DNA of 52,030 nucleotides from Catajapyx aquilonaris (taxonomy: Eukaryota). The number at the start of each line of letters is the position of its first letter. Position 1 is the first letter of the stretch. The stretch lies in the NCBI GenBank assembly GCA_000934665.2, contig JYFJ02002722.1:1-52030 (forward strand), read 5' to 3'. Of the stretch, positions 23,201 to 36,800 are shown piece after piece. The translations under genes and the position numbers were made by a program. The notes under the pieces are model-generated. The model had not been told where the DNA came from, did no database searches, and saw only the letters and a program-made list of their open reading frames with translations.

Positions 23201-26200
23201 TGAAATTCATCTGCAAAATTGAACTTTTTTTAAACAGGGGGCCATCCTCTTTCAGAAGCAAAGCACACCAATTTCTTGGTGGAGGGAGGGGGAAACTGTC
23301 TGGCTAAACAACCATGGGAAAATATATATGCAATGCAACATAACAGCAGTTGGCCTATCCTTTGACAAAATATTAATTCTCTGTTTGCAAAAATTGGTAA
23401 AAAATATATATACGAGTATACATGCAACATCAAAAGCAACGACATCTCTAAACTTCCTAAAAGTGACATTCTCCCAAAAAAATTACCTGCTCCACTATAG
23501 GCGCCATTGGAGCACTTCCGACTTTCCCATCCAGACCGGGCAACATCTGAGGCAATTGGGGGAGTGTGTAGGAGGGCGGAAGAAATTCTCAACTTTTTCC
23601 TTCTTTTAACAACCCAACACCAAAAACCACTAATTGATCTGTCCCCGCCCCAGCTGTTGTAAAGGTGGGGTGAAAATTTCCTACTGACCTGTGCTGACAC
23701 CTGGGTAGGTGGAGATGGATGCGCGTCTTTGGTCCTGCTGTCCTGCGACTGCTGACCGCTTGAGCTCATCGAGTACCCCAGCACCACGTTCGGAGGGGTA
23801 GTCACCGGGGTTCTTGAGCCTAGGAGGCCAGGGGCACCTGGAAGAGGAAACGGCAGGGATCAGAAGTGTGGGGCTGGTTCAAAGGAGCTGGATGTTGCCT
23901 GTATCACACGTGGTGCTGGCTCAATATGCCGGGGAATCATTGTTAACGGCACTTGATTTGGCGGCAAATGCAAAAAGCAACTACCCCAGGTAATTAGCCA
24001 AAACAAATGGCAATGATCCCTTGGGAAAGTTAAAACGAGCTGTCTCAAAAGTCCAACTAATGAAGAAAAAATGAGCAGCATGGATTGTAAAACACTGGCT
24101 GTACCCATTAGTTCTTTCAGCAAACAGTATCTTTCAACCAAGAGCCCATCGTCTGTTCCCTCCCCTGGCATGGCAAAGTCAGTACCAAGCATGTTTTCAT
24201 GTTGGTAGCAGTGACCCTGGATCTGCGGAGGAGGCGTGTCAGCTAGCCGACTCTTTCTGACTGGCTGCCTGTGCCTTATTGGAGTTTTCAAAGCGAGCGG
24301 CTGCCAAGCCTCATCCAATAATCCATGGGCTGTGGCAGTAGTGGGGGACCCTGTGTGACACTCATACTCATCCCCCTGTCGCCATACAGGCATCAGACCT
24401 AAGTGGATGAGATTTCAAGGTAGCAGTTACAATGGACCAGCATGGGAGAAAAAGCAGTGTCGGCAACAATACTGGCATGCACACCCCCATTACAAAGTCC
24501 AGGATCTCTCCTATACTGTATAATAAGGTCACGCTGCATTTCTTTTCAATGCTTGTCCATGCGCATTGTCAGTGATGCTCACATCACAGCATGTGATTAA
24601 TCATTAACCAGCTCACATGCAGACGCTGATGATTTTTATTAAAGCGCCGTTAGAATTAAATGTTTAAAAAATTTCCCTTGTTCAGTGCTGGACATGAATC
24701 ACGCTGTACTGCTAGCGACATTTTCCGAAGCGGCAGAAGAAGGAATCTCGTACTCCATTGCTTCGATTGGTTCTTCTGCCCCTTTGGAAAAAGGCGACAG
24801 CAGTACGATGCGACTAATGTCCACACTGTTCAAGTGTAGCAAGTGTTCAAGGCCATTTCAAAATTCCGTGACCTTGGCAACTGTTAAAGTATCTTCCACA
24901 AACACAGCATTTAGGTGGCTCTTGTACAGCCGACACTCATACCACTTCCTTTCTTTGCAGATACTTCCGTATCCTGGCAAAATCCAATCTGGATCTAAAT
25001 TCATCATTCAAATTATAATGTTCTCCAGGAATACGAATCACTCGAATCATCACATTAAATGGAACAAGCACAGAAAAACATGCAGCATGAACAATCATTA
25101 ACGCCATTAGAAAAAGCATGAAGCAATGTCTACCTCTTAGAAGGTTCTGCTGCGCCAGAAGCAAGTTGGTTGGCAGTGATCCTGCTCCTCCCCTCGAGCC
25201 TTGTGGACCTAACAAGTGTGGGGGGATACCTCCGTGAACTCCTCTCAGCAGAGAAGGGTTGATGCCCCCAGGCGTTATCTGCTGCTTGCTCTGCCCAACC
25301 CGCAACAATGGTGGGGGAACCTGCTGCTGCTGAGACTGCTGCTGCACCTGCTGCTGTTGGCTGGACAGCGGAGGAGCTAGTTTTGGAGGCACCCCACCCA
25401 TCGGGGGCTTTGGGGGCATGACCGATGGCTGCTGACCCACTGCGCCACCCACTGGGACTCCGCTTCCCCCTCCCACTGCAGCTGCTGGAGTAACTGGGGC
25501 AGCCTCCAGAGTCTCCTTCATTTGCTGGGACTGACGCAGCTTCTTGAGAAGAACCAGCTTCATCTCTTCGTTGCGCAACTCTTCCCGTAGCTTACGGATG
25601 GCACGATCACGTTCTGCCCGCTCCTCTGGATCTAGCTCCTAATTGTAAGCAAGAAAGCAGTGCAGAGAACATCATGTTGAAACTCCTTCATCCATGATTC
25701 ATGATTCATTTGTGAGTATCATTAGACCCATCCTGCCCTCTCTCTACCTATTCCAACATATGCTGATCTTATCACCACAACTATAACCCAGTGTGACACG
25801 CATACTGCCAGTAGAACCTTCCAGTAGCATCATAATCAATCCGGTGCAAATTCCAGCTAGCATTATTTCTAGGTCACGAGAAAAGAACACACAAATAGGG
25901 CCAGTTTCTCATCTTGCTATTGTGCTGGGTTGCATGAGATTGCTATGCATTGTCAGAATCAACAATTAACAATAAGAATAAATTATCAGCTGACAGGAGT
26001 GCAATTAGGCTTTATTCGACACACAAAAATATGCACTATTAACTTCCATGTAATCAGCACTTGCATATTGCTTAAGACAAAGGTTAGTTCCAGTACTTTT
26101 CAAAGGCCTCTTTCGTGGCAGACTTTGAGCCACAGTTAAAATTATGCAGTTGGAGTTAGAAGTTGGCTAGGTTAATGGAAATCCTGCATGTGCCCCTTAT

Positions 26201-29200
26201 AACTTTAACATGCCTTCATTTATATTGCATTATTCGTAGCAATGTAACGCTACATTACAAATATCTCATTTACTGAAACATTCCTATACCATGACAGTCA
26301 CGTAGTTAATAACCCACCTTGACTGAAGGTGATGGTGGCATCTCTCCTTCTTCTGAATCACTCTCGTACCCATTAGAGTACCCATTGAGCTGTGGTTCCT
26401 CATCTGAGACAATAATTACATCAGGACTTTCTGCATAGTTGCGCTCTGTCCTTGGTCGCAGGTTGCGTCGCATGGGTCGATGGTGATGGGAACCCCTCCC
26501 ACCAATCCTACCTCCTCTGCCCCCACCTGGTGCCACTGGCATTGGCATTGGCACACCCACTTCTGCCTCTTTAGGCTTATCACCCTCCGAGTGTGGCGGA
26601 AGAGTGGCAGCATCAGCAGCTGATGGTGGTGGTGGTGGGGGTGGGGGTGGGGGTGGTGGTGGGGGTGGAAGTGATGGCGGCGGAGGTGGTAGCGGATCAT
26701 CCCGTGGAGCTGAAGGAGAATCCTCCATGGCTTCCCTACCTCCGTCCTCCTCATCTCGTTCCTCCCATTTAGATGATGGACGAGACAAGTCCTGGGGTGC
26801 TTCCTTCACTTCAGGTTCCCGCTCCTTCCTGCTTGAAGATTACACAAACACAACCACCAATCAGTTCTGGGAGCAGAAAACATAGATTTTCTTATATGTT
26901 ACGTTTAAACAAATAGGAGTCAGCAATTTCCAGCAAAACTTCTGCGTCTCCATGGAGAGCGAACCCCTATTTCGCAATTTCACTTTTTCTTGGCAAGTTG
27001 AAGCTTTCAGAAAATCAATGTATACAACCAGGCAGCCCAAGTGCACAAGTAATGGTGCATGAATAAATTTAAACCTGACAGCTGAGATCTCATTATACTC
27101 AATGTCCAGAACTCAATTGTACAAACTCAAACGATGGTGAATACAGACACATAATTTTTGGGTGACACGTTTCAGTACCTTGTCTACCTTCCCTTGTACA
27201 GTACAAGGTGTGTAAAACTGGTTTTCCAATTTCAAATTATGTCTACTAAAAATGTCTATGGGCCTTCGCAGTGAGCAATTCAACTGACGAAAACATTGCT
27301 TACGATAGTAATGTGTGCTGCAATCCTACATTCCGATCCATATTTCTGCTAGGGTTGATCAAGAACAGAGCCGTTGCCATAGCTTTTGTTTGGCCCCAAA
27401 CGAGGTGGGTTAGAATAAGGCTTCAGTTCATAATCTATAGTTCTTGTAATCAGATGAAAACAAACCTAAAGCTGACTCAATGCTCAAAGGGAGCAGGTAC
27501 TATGCACCACGTGACATTAACAAACACATCGTGTCGTTTTTTTCTCTTTTTATGCCGTAAAGATGGCCTGATACTATTCTGCCCAAAAATGAACTCCTTG
27601 CAGCTTTCACATTTTTATCCATCCAGTGAATCGAGGTGCCATCCACATAAATTTTGGTTTCATGCATGGAGTCACATAGCTCACGTCTACTCCACCCCGA
27701 TGTAATGCATCACTGCCCTAGATAACTACCCACAAGAGGCATTATTATGCCTTTATGAGCTTGTGTAAGAGTAGGTCAGTGCAGAAAGACTGACTTCTAT
27801 TGTTTAAGCACACCCCTTCTCAGGCATCACACCTTGGTATTTGAAAATACAAAATCTCAAACTCAACGATATTGATTTGCAACTATTGAACCTGAGTGCA
27901 GAGGGAAAAGCTCTGGGGCAACATCCCTTTAAATGCTTATTCTCAAGTGCCACACTGCCAAATAGGCTAATCAACTTCATTGTCAGCTGTCACATATTGG
28001 CAAGATTTTTCTGCTCCCCATGCAGCTATCCTCAGGGCTTCATTATTTATTTACCACATTGTTAGCCAATTCTTAAATTTTCAATTTCAATCCCTAACAA
28101 CCACCGAAAGCCCTATGGGCATGTGCAGTAAAAATAATTACATGCATAATATAAAATTTCCTTTCCCCCCTCAATGGTGACTACCACATTGCACAAGCAG
28201 CATTAAAGGATTGAAATTGACGGCATTCCAGTAATTTTCAATTCCCAAACACCCAGAGCGTCATATGAATTTTGTGGGATGAGCATTGTTGCATCATGAG
28301 TCAAAGGCATCTTGGTTTGATTGATGCCAACTGATGTCTACTTTTTAACACCTGTGTGAAGTAACATGTTACAAGTTCAAGCACGAGAAGAAGGACTGTG
28401 TGACACATAGGAGCAAAAGGTTTCTGGCCTATGTTCCAGAGGTGATGGAAATAAAACAGTGTCATTTTTCAATGTAGTCCCCTTGCACTCCAACAAACTT
28501 CTTACATCTCTGGATTAACATTTCCATACCATCGGAAAAAAAATAGTCCAAAGTTTTCTGGAAAATTCCTATAACTCCTCCTGAAACCCTTCATCATTAT
28601 TAGTGAATTTTCTACAGTAAATACATTTTTTGAGTTTTAAAAACAGGTAATAGTCATTTGCAGGCAGGTCGGGGGCTGCAGGGAGGGTGGTCAAACTCCT
28701 TGAAGCCTGGTTAATAGCACTTGGGAGTCAGGCCTTCGTTATTGAGGAACTTAATCAAGGCTAGGTACTCAATTTTCAACATGATGTGATATGGTTCAAC
28801 ATGTCTAACTGAAGTTAAGTGCCTCTGAAGTGTCTGATGCAATTAGCCAGAAAAGACTTGTACAGCTAATGCAACATAATAAATGCATTAAAAGGGATGC
28901 CTAATACGCAAAGTTAGAGCCTGACCTACTTGCAGTTTCTGCAGTTCTGCAAGCATATTGACACTAACCCATTTCCCTACCTAGAAACAGGCCATCTAAA
29001 ATAACATCAGCATGACACACAGAAATGTACAGTACACTTGGCCAAATATTATTGAAGTCAGGGGTGGTTGCTGTGATACAGTGGCTGCCTCTTGAATGCA
29101 CTAGGCATCGGCGCAGGTCTTTTGAAGTTTTTCTGGGGAAATGATAACAATTTTCGAGCTGACCTGCGTTAGAAGCACTTGGTTGGATTTTCTAACATAT

Positions 29201-31547
29201 GCTGCTTCAAGATCAGTAACATCCAATAAATTTGCAAGTTATATCCCGCTGCTGTCGAGCAAAATTCACACTAGCAATAATATTACGAGAACGCATGCAT
29301 ATTTGTACACAGAGGTGAATCACCCTCCCAGTTGCACTGAGGACACAACAGTCCATGTGTTTGTAATGGCAGGATTGTGCCATGATATTTCTCTCTTCAG
29401 GATACAGGTGAAGTAAACATGGCTTCAATTAATGTGAGACAGATGACCTGCGAGACCCCCTTCATTGAGGCTAGCCTAGATTGCCCAATTGCATTGCAAA
29501 GGTAGCGGACCAACTGTGTCAAACAGAGTTGATTGCAACAATATTTGACAAACTGTACTATCGGCAGAGTATTATCGTCGAGACACTTCCCATAATAATA
29601 GCATGTGAAAGTCTCAGGAATAACACGGTGCTGATAGTAAGTGCAGTGGCTTAAATTAGCATCATGAATGAGTATAATAATTGTTAACTTCATGCTGACC
29701 CACATGCACACCAATCAATATTGGGGCGATAACTGGCACTGAGAATTTAAGAGATGTGGTTCTTATGACAACAGGCACTTTGGAGGAGTGGGGGGTGAGA
29801 ATTTGAAGGCCAGGTAAATTCCCCACTAGGCAAGCATAATCCATGCACTAACACATTCAACCTAAAAAAAATGTATGAATATAATATACGAGTTATTGAG
29901 AACACTGCCATCCCATTCAAAATAAGTTCAGTTCAGAATATGTGCATTACTATAAATCACAATTATTTTGATATACTGCAATAGGGCAACATATTACTGT
30001 AGAATCTCCTACCAATAATAATAAAGTTAACTCTCACTGAAGCTCCTCATTACATTGTTGGCAGAAAAAGTTGCATAACGTGCTATTTTGCATGGAACAT
30101 CTTATTTTCCTATTTACAGATCCAATCCATGCACATGTATGGCATCACTTATTATTCTTACTGTAGGTAATATTTTTGCAGTAGTATAACAAGCTTACTC
30201 ATGGCGCAGATGGAAATTCACTTTGCAACTACACATACAGTATATCGCTCCCAAATTAATTGCAGGAAAGCTATTTTTGATTTACTCAGCAAAGAATATG
30301 GCAATCATATCAGGAACCATAGAAGGAAAAATGATATTCAGTGTAATGAATAATATATTTCTTGATATCTTAATCAGAGTTGAGCTAATTTTTCAAAAGT
30401 GTGATGGTCCTCATTCATTCAGAGTTCAAGATATCACAATAGAAAAAAAAATGCACAGAAATACTTCAGATATGACAAACAAGTGATAAGTGGGATGCAA
30501 TAAATTCAAATCTCATTACCCAACAAGGAGTGTATAACATTTTAGATTACATTTCTATTAAGGATGTCCCAAAGCTTGCAAAAAGTTATTTCGATACCAC
30601 CATGCTTTTATTCTGCACTTGAAACATTACATGCAATAATAATAATGACGATGATGATGATAATAATAATTCAATTTCATTCAAAATACCAGTGTGACCT
30701 AAAAGCAAGCAGCCTGTATATTATAACAATGGTCACTGCAGGAATGCAAACAGGAACATTCCTTGCAGCATCTGGGTGAGTGCCCCATTGTTTGGACATT
30801 ACAAATAACTTGTTGTAACCTTAATGCCACTCGGCACATACTCATGTAGGCACATCTCATCTTAAATATCTGGCCATGTTGCTCAAGTCCCACTTGCACC
30901 TTTTAACGAACCATAAACAGCTAACTGTAGTTAGTTTAGTTAGTCAATATGGCACTTGAACTACTGACAAAGCCCATTAACTTGAGGACATTCTTGCACA
31001 GCTGCTGTAGCTAAGTACAAATCAGCACTCTTTACTGCAGACAGGGGCATCATCAACAATCGTAGAGAGCTGTGACAAGCGGGAGTGTCCATGTGTAAAC
31101 GGGCCTTTATCGGTGAATTCAAAGGTCGGAAAAGCAGACATTGCCTGTAACTGTATGGGACTCAGTCCATGCATGCTGCACTCAAGCTCAGGCCTTAACA
31201 TATGGCATTACATGAGTTCATACTTGCACAGCTATTCCTGCATACGCAGTTCTCCACATTGCTAATGACATAAACCATTTACGACGCATCCCCAATGCAT
31301 ATGGTTTGCGAACAGTTGCATTAGCTGCACGGTACGGTCCGTATGTACCACTGTATTTAATGCAGCTAAGCGTTGCTACGTGGCGCATGACACATTGGTG
31401 CTTACTTCCCTCCACACCCAAGTTGATTGAACGTATGTCATTGTGATTGCACCTTGAATGTATCTGGCACTTACTGCACTACCCTTTCCCGCTGCAGCCT
31501 ACTCACTTTATACTGAGGTCAACAACCGAGTCGTCGTCCGGGTCCAT
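20279..31547 (-). CDS. simj: Transcriptional repressor p66 / GATAD2 (simjang), NuRD subunit, ~722 aa; exons 31547-31507, 26828-26318, 25638-25134, 23837-23689, 22426-22331, 21386-21179, 20937-20279
   Basis: N-terminus [14 protein letters not shown]1 coiled coil [22 protein letters not shown], then [12 protein letters not shown]2 [35 protein letters not shown], a GATA-type finger [12 protein letters not shown]...[33 protein letters not shown] and YLLDMIP. GT-AG junctions are in phase and total 2169 nt. Confidence 0.93.
28420..28860 (-). mobile_element. Internally deleted, degenerate mariner transposon in GATAD2 intron
   Basis: The minus-strand translation gives the mariner N-terminus [21 protein letters not shown] (ATG 28782), joined directly to [21 protein letters not shown] (YSPDLAPSD motif, frameshifted) and the C-terminus [26 protein letters not shown] (stop 28462). 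The TIRs are too decayed to place exactly. Confidence 0.85.
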
Positions 31548-31616
31548 CTCTGCAGCACCGTTCCAACGTCACGTCACTCAACAGATCCAGGCACACTTCT
31601 CCCAGCCTCCAACCTT

Positions 31617-31631
31617 TTACGTTGGATCCAT
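31617..31631 (-). other. Minimal uORF (ATG GAT CCA ACG TAA, MDPT*) upstream of the GATAD2 start codon
   Basis: It lies in the same exon as the main ATG (31547), downstream of candidate acceptors at 31643/31665. Confidence 0.5.
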
Positions 31632-32037
31632 CACTTCAGGTCACTGCGGTTAAAGAAAGGGGCACCTGCATGAGCCAACGTTGAGCAAGGTTAGGGTCAC
31701 ACACCCCATGACCTACACTACACACTAGGGAAGGCCGGCTGGGAAAACGGAGAGCAGCACTGAGGGCCGGTAGACCCCAGTATCGGCCCGTGGGCAACCC
31801 CCCAAGGGCCGCCCTCGAGGCAGTCGAACCAAGCACTATTTCCAAGCGCCACCCCAACCCGGGTCTAACCTGGGATGCCGGTCCGCAATGGGCAGGGGCC
31901 GCCCTGGTGTCCGGCCCTGGGCCAATCCTCTTTTCCCGGTTAATAAATATATATTTTTTTTCAAAAACCGCGGAGGAAGCCTGATTCTGGTTCGAACCGA
32001 CCAAAATGGCGAGCCAAGGCGTTCGGTTGACGGGCGG

Positions 32038-32087
32038 TCTCTCTCTCTCTCTCTCTCTCTATCCCTCCCTCTCTCTCTCTCTCTCTC
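32038..32087. repeat. Interrupted (CT)n microsatellite
   Basis: Read directly from the sequence. Confidence 0.9.
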
Positions 32088-32539
32088 CCTCAACCCCCCC
32101 TATTCCCCCCCTCTCGACAGACCCCCGCCCAAACCACCCAACCACCCACCAGCTCAGCCCCATTTGTTCAACACTGTTGCCGTATCCAGCAAGAACCCCA
32201 CCAAAAAGAGGCCCAAGTTGCATAAGGGCCAAGTGGCAAGTGATAACAGGTCGTTCACCTTATTCCGAAGAGAACCGGGTTTAGGTCATTGAACCTTGTA
32301 TCCCGCTGACAGGGATATAAGTGGAAGGTTGGCACCACTGTTAGGTCACGTGGGCCGGATTTAGCCAATGAGGGATCGACTATAGGCTCGCTCCGTTCAC
32401 ACGGCACCCTGGAAAACCGAACCCGTTCCGGAACCGGCCCTTCATTTATTGGCTGCCATCTATTCACATCTGTACCTAGTAGCTGGTGGTGTGTATATCA
32501 ACAATAGTCAGATGGCATTAGTTTCTTTAGCTCCTTCTC

Positions 32540-32905
32540 TAAACTAACTATAACGAACTAAACGAACGAACGAACGAACGAATATAAACTGATTGACTGA
32601 CTGCCTAAAAAAACAAAACAAAAAAAGTAACTAGCTAGCTATATAACGAACAAACGAACGAACAAACGAAGAAACTAACAAATAAATAATACCGTAACTT
32701 GTAACTAAAAAACTAACTAGTAGCTAGTTAACGAACCAAAGATCTAACATATAACCAATAGGACGGACGAATTGACTTTCTGACTAACGAACGAATGAAC
32801 GAAATCGTCCGTCCGTCCGTTCGTTAGTCAGCCTCAATTTGTTCATTCGTTCGTTAATGAACGAACGAACTAACTAACAAATTAACAAATTTTAAGTAGC
32901 TAACC

Positions 32906-32940
<35 letters not shown>

Positions 32941-33312
32941 GGATATATAAACTGACTGACTAACTTTTATAAATTAAAAAAAACACACACACATACACAC
33001 ACAAATAACAATAACTACTTGTAGCTGGCTAGTTAACGAACGAACAAGTAAACTAACTGTCTGAATAACTTTAAAAAACTAAAACAAACAATCGAATGAA
33101 CAAACGACGATCGAATGAACAAACGAACGAATGATCAAACGAACGAGTGAACAAACGATAACGAACAAACGAACGAATGAACAAGTAAACTAACTGTCTG
33201 AATAACTTTAAAAAACTAAAACAAACAATCGAATGAACAAACGACGAACGAATGAACAAACGATAACGAACAAACGAACGAATGAACAAACGATAACGAA
33301 CACACGAACAAA
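32540..33312. repeat. Complex AACG/AACT/AAAC low-complexity tract with a 69-bp exact direct repeat (33042-33110 / 33179-33247) and local inverted repeats (32761-32856)
   Basis: Runs of AACG and (AACT)n at 32905-32940; the duplicated block GAACAAGTAAACTAACTGTCTGAATAAC...AAACGACGA has a 137-nt period. Confidence 0.9.
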
Positions 33313-33839
33313 ATATATGATGGTGATGATGACCCAATGATGATTTACGTATTTCTGTGATGAGTAAGCGATGATTAGGATTTTGGAGCGCGTATGAAGT
33401 GAGGACGACGGTACAGTAGTTGTGTGTGTGTGCCCAAGGCGACAACATGGCTTGGCCTGGCGCATGCCCCATCCCTCCCATACACGCAGCCTCCTGCCAC
33501 TCGAACACAGGCGGTGTCTTCATACGTGGGGAGGGATGGGTGGGTTGGTTGGGAGGGGGATGAGAGTGGGTGGCAAAGGGGGTTGCAGGGAGGGTAATTC
33601 CGTAGGGGGAGGTGTGGGCCCCCCCTCTGCCAGCTCGGCTTCCCCCTTTTGTTTACAGGGAGGGAGGGGGACGAGGGCTGGAGGAGGAAGAGGTGCCCAA
33701 AGAGGAGGAGGAGGAGGGGGGTTGAAATGAGCAGGGTGGGTGGGAGATCGCTACGGGAGGAGAGTTTCACCCTCTCCTTTCCAAACGAAGAGGCGGCGGG
33801 TGGGTGGGTGGGAGCTGGGAGGTAGTACAGGCCTAGTAC

Positions 33840-33885
33840 CATTGAGGATTCGGATCATTAGAGGAAATGGCGCCGACTGACACCT
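33840..33885 (-). promoter_or_regulatory. Probable GATAD2/simjang TSS: Inr TCAGTC (33880-33875) followed by YY1/Pho motif CGCCATTT
   Basis: The minus strand reads TCAGTCGGCGCCATTTCC...CAATG|GTACTAG (candidate donor at ~33839), at the edge of a CpG/GC-rich region upstream of the first coding exon. Confidence 0.5.
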
Positions 33886-36800
33886 ATGGCGAATAATATA
33901 TCGGCTCTAAATATTATTTCCCGACTATACTGCTTTTTTTATAGGTATACATAATGAGTAGGTCATTATCAAAATCAGGCTATCTCATGTTGTCAAAAGT
34001 GGGTTAATTTCCGGTTACAGGCATTAACTCGACGCTAAAATCATATTTCCAATATATGGAGCATTTTCACCTCGGGTCCCTTTGGGAAAGGTCACCTATA
34101 GCTGGGCCGTGAAAAGACTCGCTAAATCTGAAATTCATGTTTTCTGAAGCATTCGTACCGAAGAGCATGGTTTTTATAATGATCTACGCTTGTGTTTTCC
34201 CCGTGACCCCAAGAGCTATGCCGGCGCGCGGTAGCTACGTCTACTAGTAGGGCCACCCAAGTCGGACAGGTCTGTGGGACATGAGACAGACTACCAGTCT
34301 TTCCTCTCTTCGTTTCTCTCTCCATCTGTCCCAGCTTTGTCTCTTCTTATAGCCAGATGGCCATAGCCCCATAGTTGCTTTGCCTTCTTCCTAATAAACC
34401 TAACCTAAACGCTAAACCTTATATACCAAACGAACAAACTTTGCCTTACACACGTAGATATTCATATAGGCCTACAGTACTTGTAATACTTGCATGTTAC
34501 CAGTAAGTAATCGACTCGTTATTGCATGCTACATAAGATTCGTATCTGTTCATGCACGACTGTGTTTGCAAAAAAAAAATGCGCAGTTTGAAATTTTTAA
34601 CGTGTATTGTATATATTGTGCATGTTTTGCTGTATATGTGTGTCGAAATTAACCAGTTGCATCATAATATTCTCTTTATACTCTCGGTACGCAAGGTGAT
34701 TAATGTTGGTGAAGACGTGTTCAGTGAATACCAACCAGAGATAACATGCTGGCCAACATAGCCTTGACTGACCAAGTTCAGTACCGAGGTACTGTATACC
34801 TAACCATTCATCCGTGCGCCGTTGTGACGTCATTGTAAACAATCAAGGACGTACGTGATGCGACAATGTGGAGACGACCTTGTTTACTTGTTCACTTTCC
34901 AACGCCGGGTGATGCCGGCAGGTGTTAACCAGAGTAAAGTACTTCAACCTCAGTGAATAACAGGTTCTCAAGGTAGAGGTACCGGCATCTACACGTTTTT
35001 AAAAAATCATTAGGCTACGCTTGTAACTGCACCAGGCTCATGAATATATAGCCTCGTATATGTGTTTTTTTGTTACCAAACTATTGTCAACTTTTTTATA
35101 GATATAGTTTCCAACCCCCCCTGCTTTGTTGTAGTTGTGTAGTGTTCACATGTGGTATAGATGAAAACCCAGGACTGCAGTGGGAGGGATTTATTATTTA
35201 TCCCCGTGAGGCAGACCGCAGGAATAATTATGGGAGACTACTCGCCGGTCGGTCGAGGGAAATAAAGGGGGGGGGGGNNGAGAGGGTGGGTGGTTGGGTG
35301 GGTGGTACAGAGAGAGAGGCTGCAGATCGAAATTCCGGCAGGGAATCATGTAGGATTACCATGTGGCATGTGTATGCAAATTATTGGACTCTGCATGCTG
35401 GGCTGCCGACAGGCACGCTGCAGCATACATACACACACAAGTATAACACTACGGGAACAATTTTGTTTCCGGATCGATGCAAGTAAAAGTAAATAGAGTG
35501 GATCCGGAGGGGGGGAGGGGGTTGAAAGGGGGAGGAGGAAGAGGAGGCATGGCAACACTGGAGTAACTAAAAATCCGCAGTACTCCTACGCTCTCATAGT
35601 CATATGCGTGTGAGGATATAATTACCGCAGGCAGATCGTGAATATTTAGTCAGGGCTTAATTCAGGAACACTAACTATTACTCCGTGCTGTTTAACATCG
35701 TGAATAAAAGTAACTTACTGACTGTGTTCAGCACTCTAATGGAAGTAAATCTATAAATATTGAAGGATGGATCAGTATTTGCAGTGGCATTGTGTATGTC
35801 AGACTCCATGTAATATTGCAGGCATACTTAGGCCAAAAAGTCTAGAAATCACAGCGATATAGATTGATCTATGAGGATTTAACGTAGGCTAGTGTAGATT
35901 TAAAAACTATTCAACAGCTGCGACCAAGGCTGCGACACTGGGTTGTGGCGTACTCTCTCATCAGTTCAGCAAAAATGTTCTGTAAAGAGTATTTTAAAGC
36001 GACATAAATGCATCTCACAAAAGTTACGGTGAATCTGAATTAAACGAGATTGTCTAAACAAAATTACATGAACTAAATTAGCTTCTTCTTAAATCGTCTT
36101 TGTCGCCTTTAGTACGAGGAAAGTGCATCAGCAGACTGATCAGAGCATCTCATTTCTGCCAGACTACCAAGAATTAAATATATCACAACGTGTGCAATGT
36201 CAAGCCAAAACAACCGTTTAACGCAATGGATCTACTCTACATCGTTTAAATAGCCTAGCTGACATTTAGGGCAGTAAACGCTGGGCCGTGCCCCACTGGA
36301 ATAACGAACTCGGCGAGTAAAAACAAGAGCAACCCCGCATCGCCCGGCAACAAGTGCAAAAACAAATCGAGCGCAAAACCAATGGCCACGCTCAAATTTT
36401 GAAACTCGCACCTGCTGAACATTTTTTTTTCCCCGTGTTCCTCGTTACAGCAGTCGTTCAAAGAGTTTGAAGTCCGCCTGTAAGGTCAGCAACAGCAGGC
36501 TTGTGTCGTTGGATAGTCTAACTCTCAGGATGAATCCCAACACACGATGTCAACTGGTCTGACCTGTACTGCACAATTTATATTTTAAACACTTTCCATT
36601 GGAACAATAAATGGGTGTGTTGCACAATCATTGATTTCACTAGTTTTTTAAACTCCGATGTGAACTACTAAAAATGGGGCTTCCTTTATAAAAAAAATCC
36701 AAATGCGCATTGCGCATTCCACGTATAGCTCCTGCAACCCTTCGAAGTCCCACAAAACTTCCCATTCACTATGAAGGGTTACTTATTATATGAATGAATA

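Noticed and set aside
33042..33247. Direct repeats as a CRISPR-like array
   Set aside because: The context is eukaryotic, there are only two copies, and the spacer is microsatellite.
33071..33842. ORFs of 85-155 aa upstream of GATAD2
   Set aside because: They are translations of microsatellite and G-rich low-complexity sequence.
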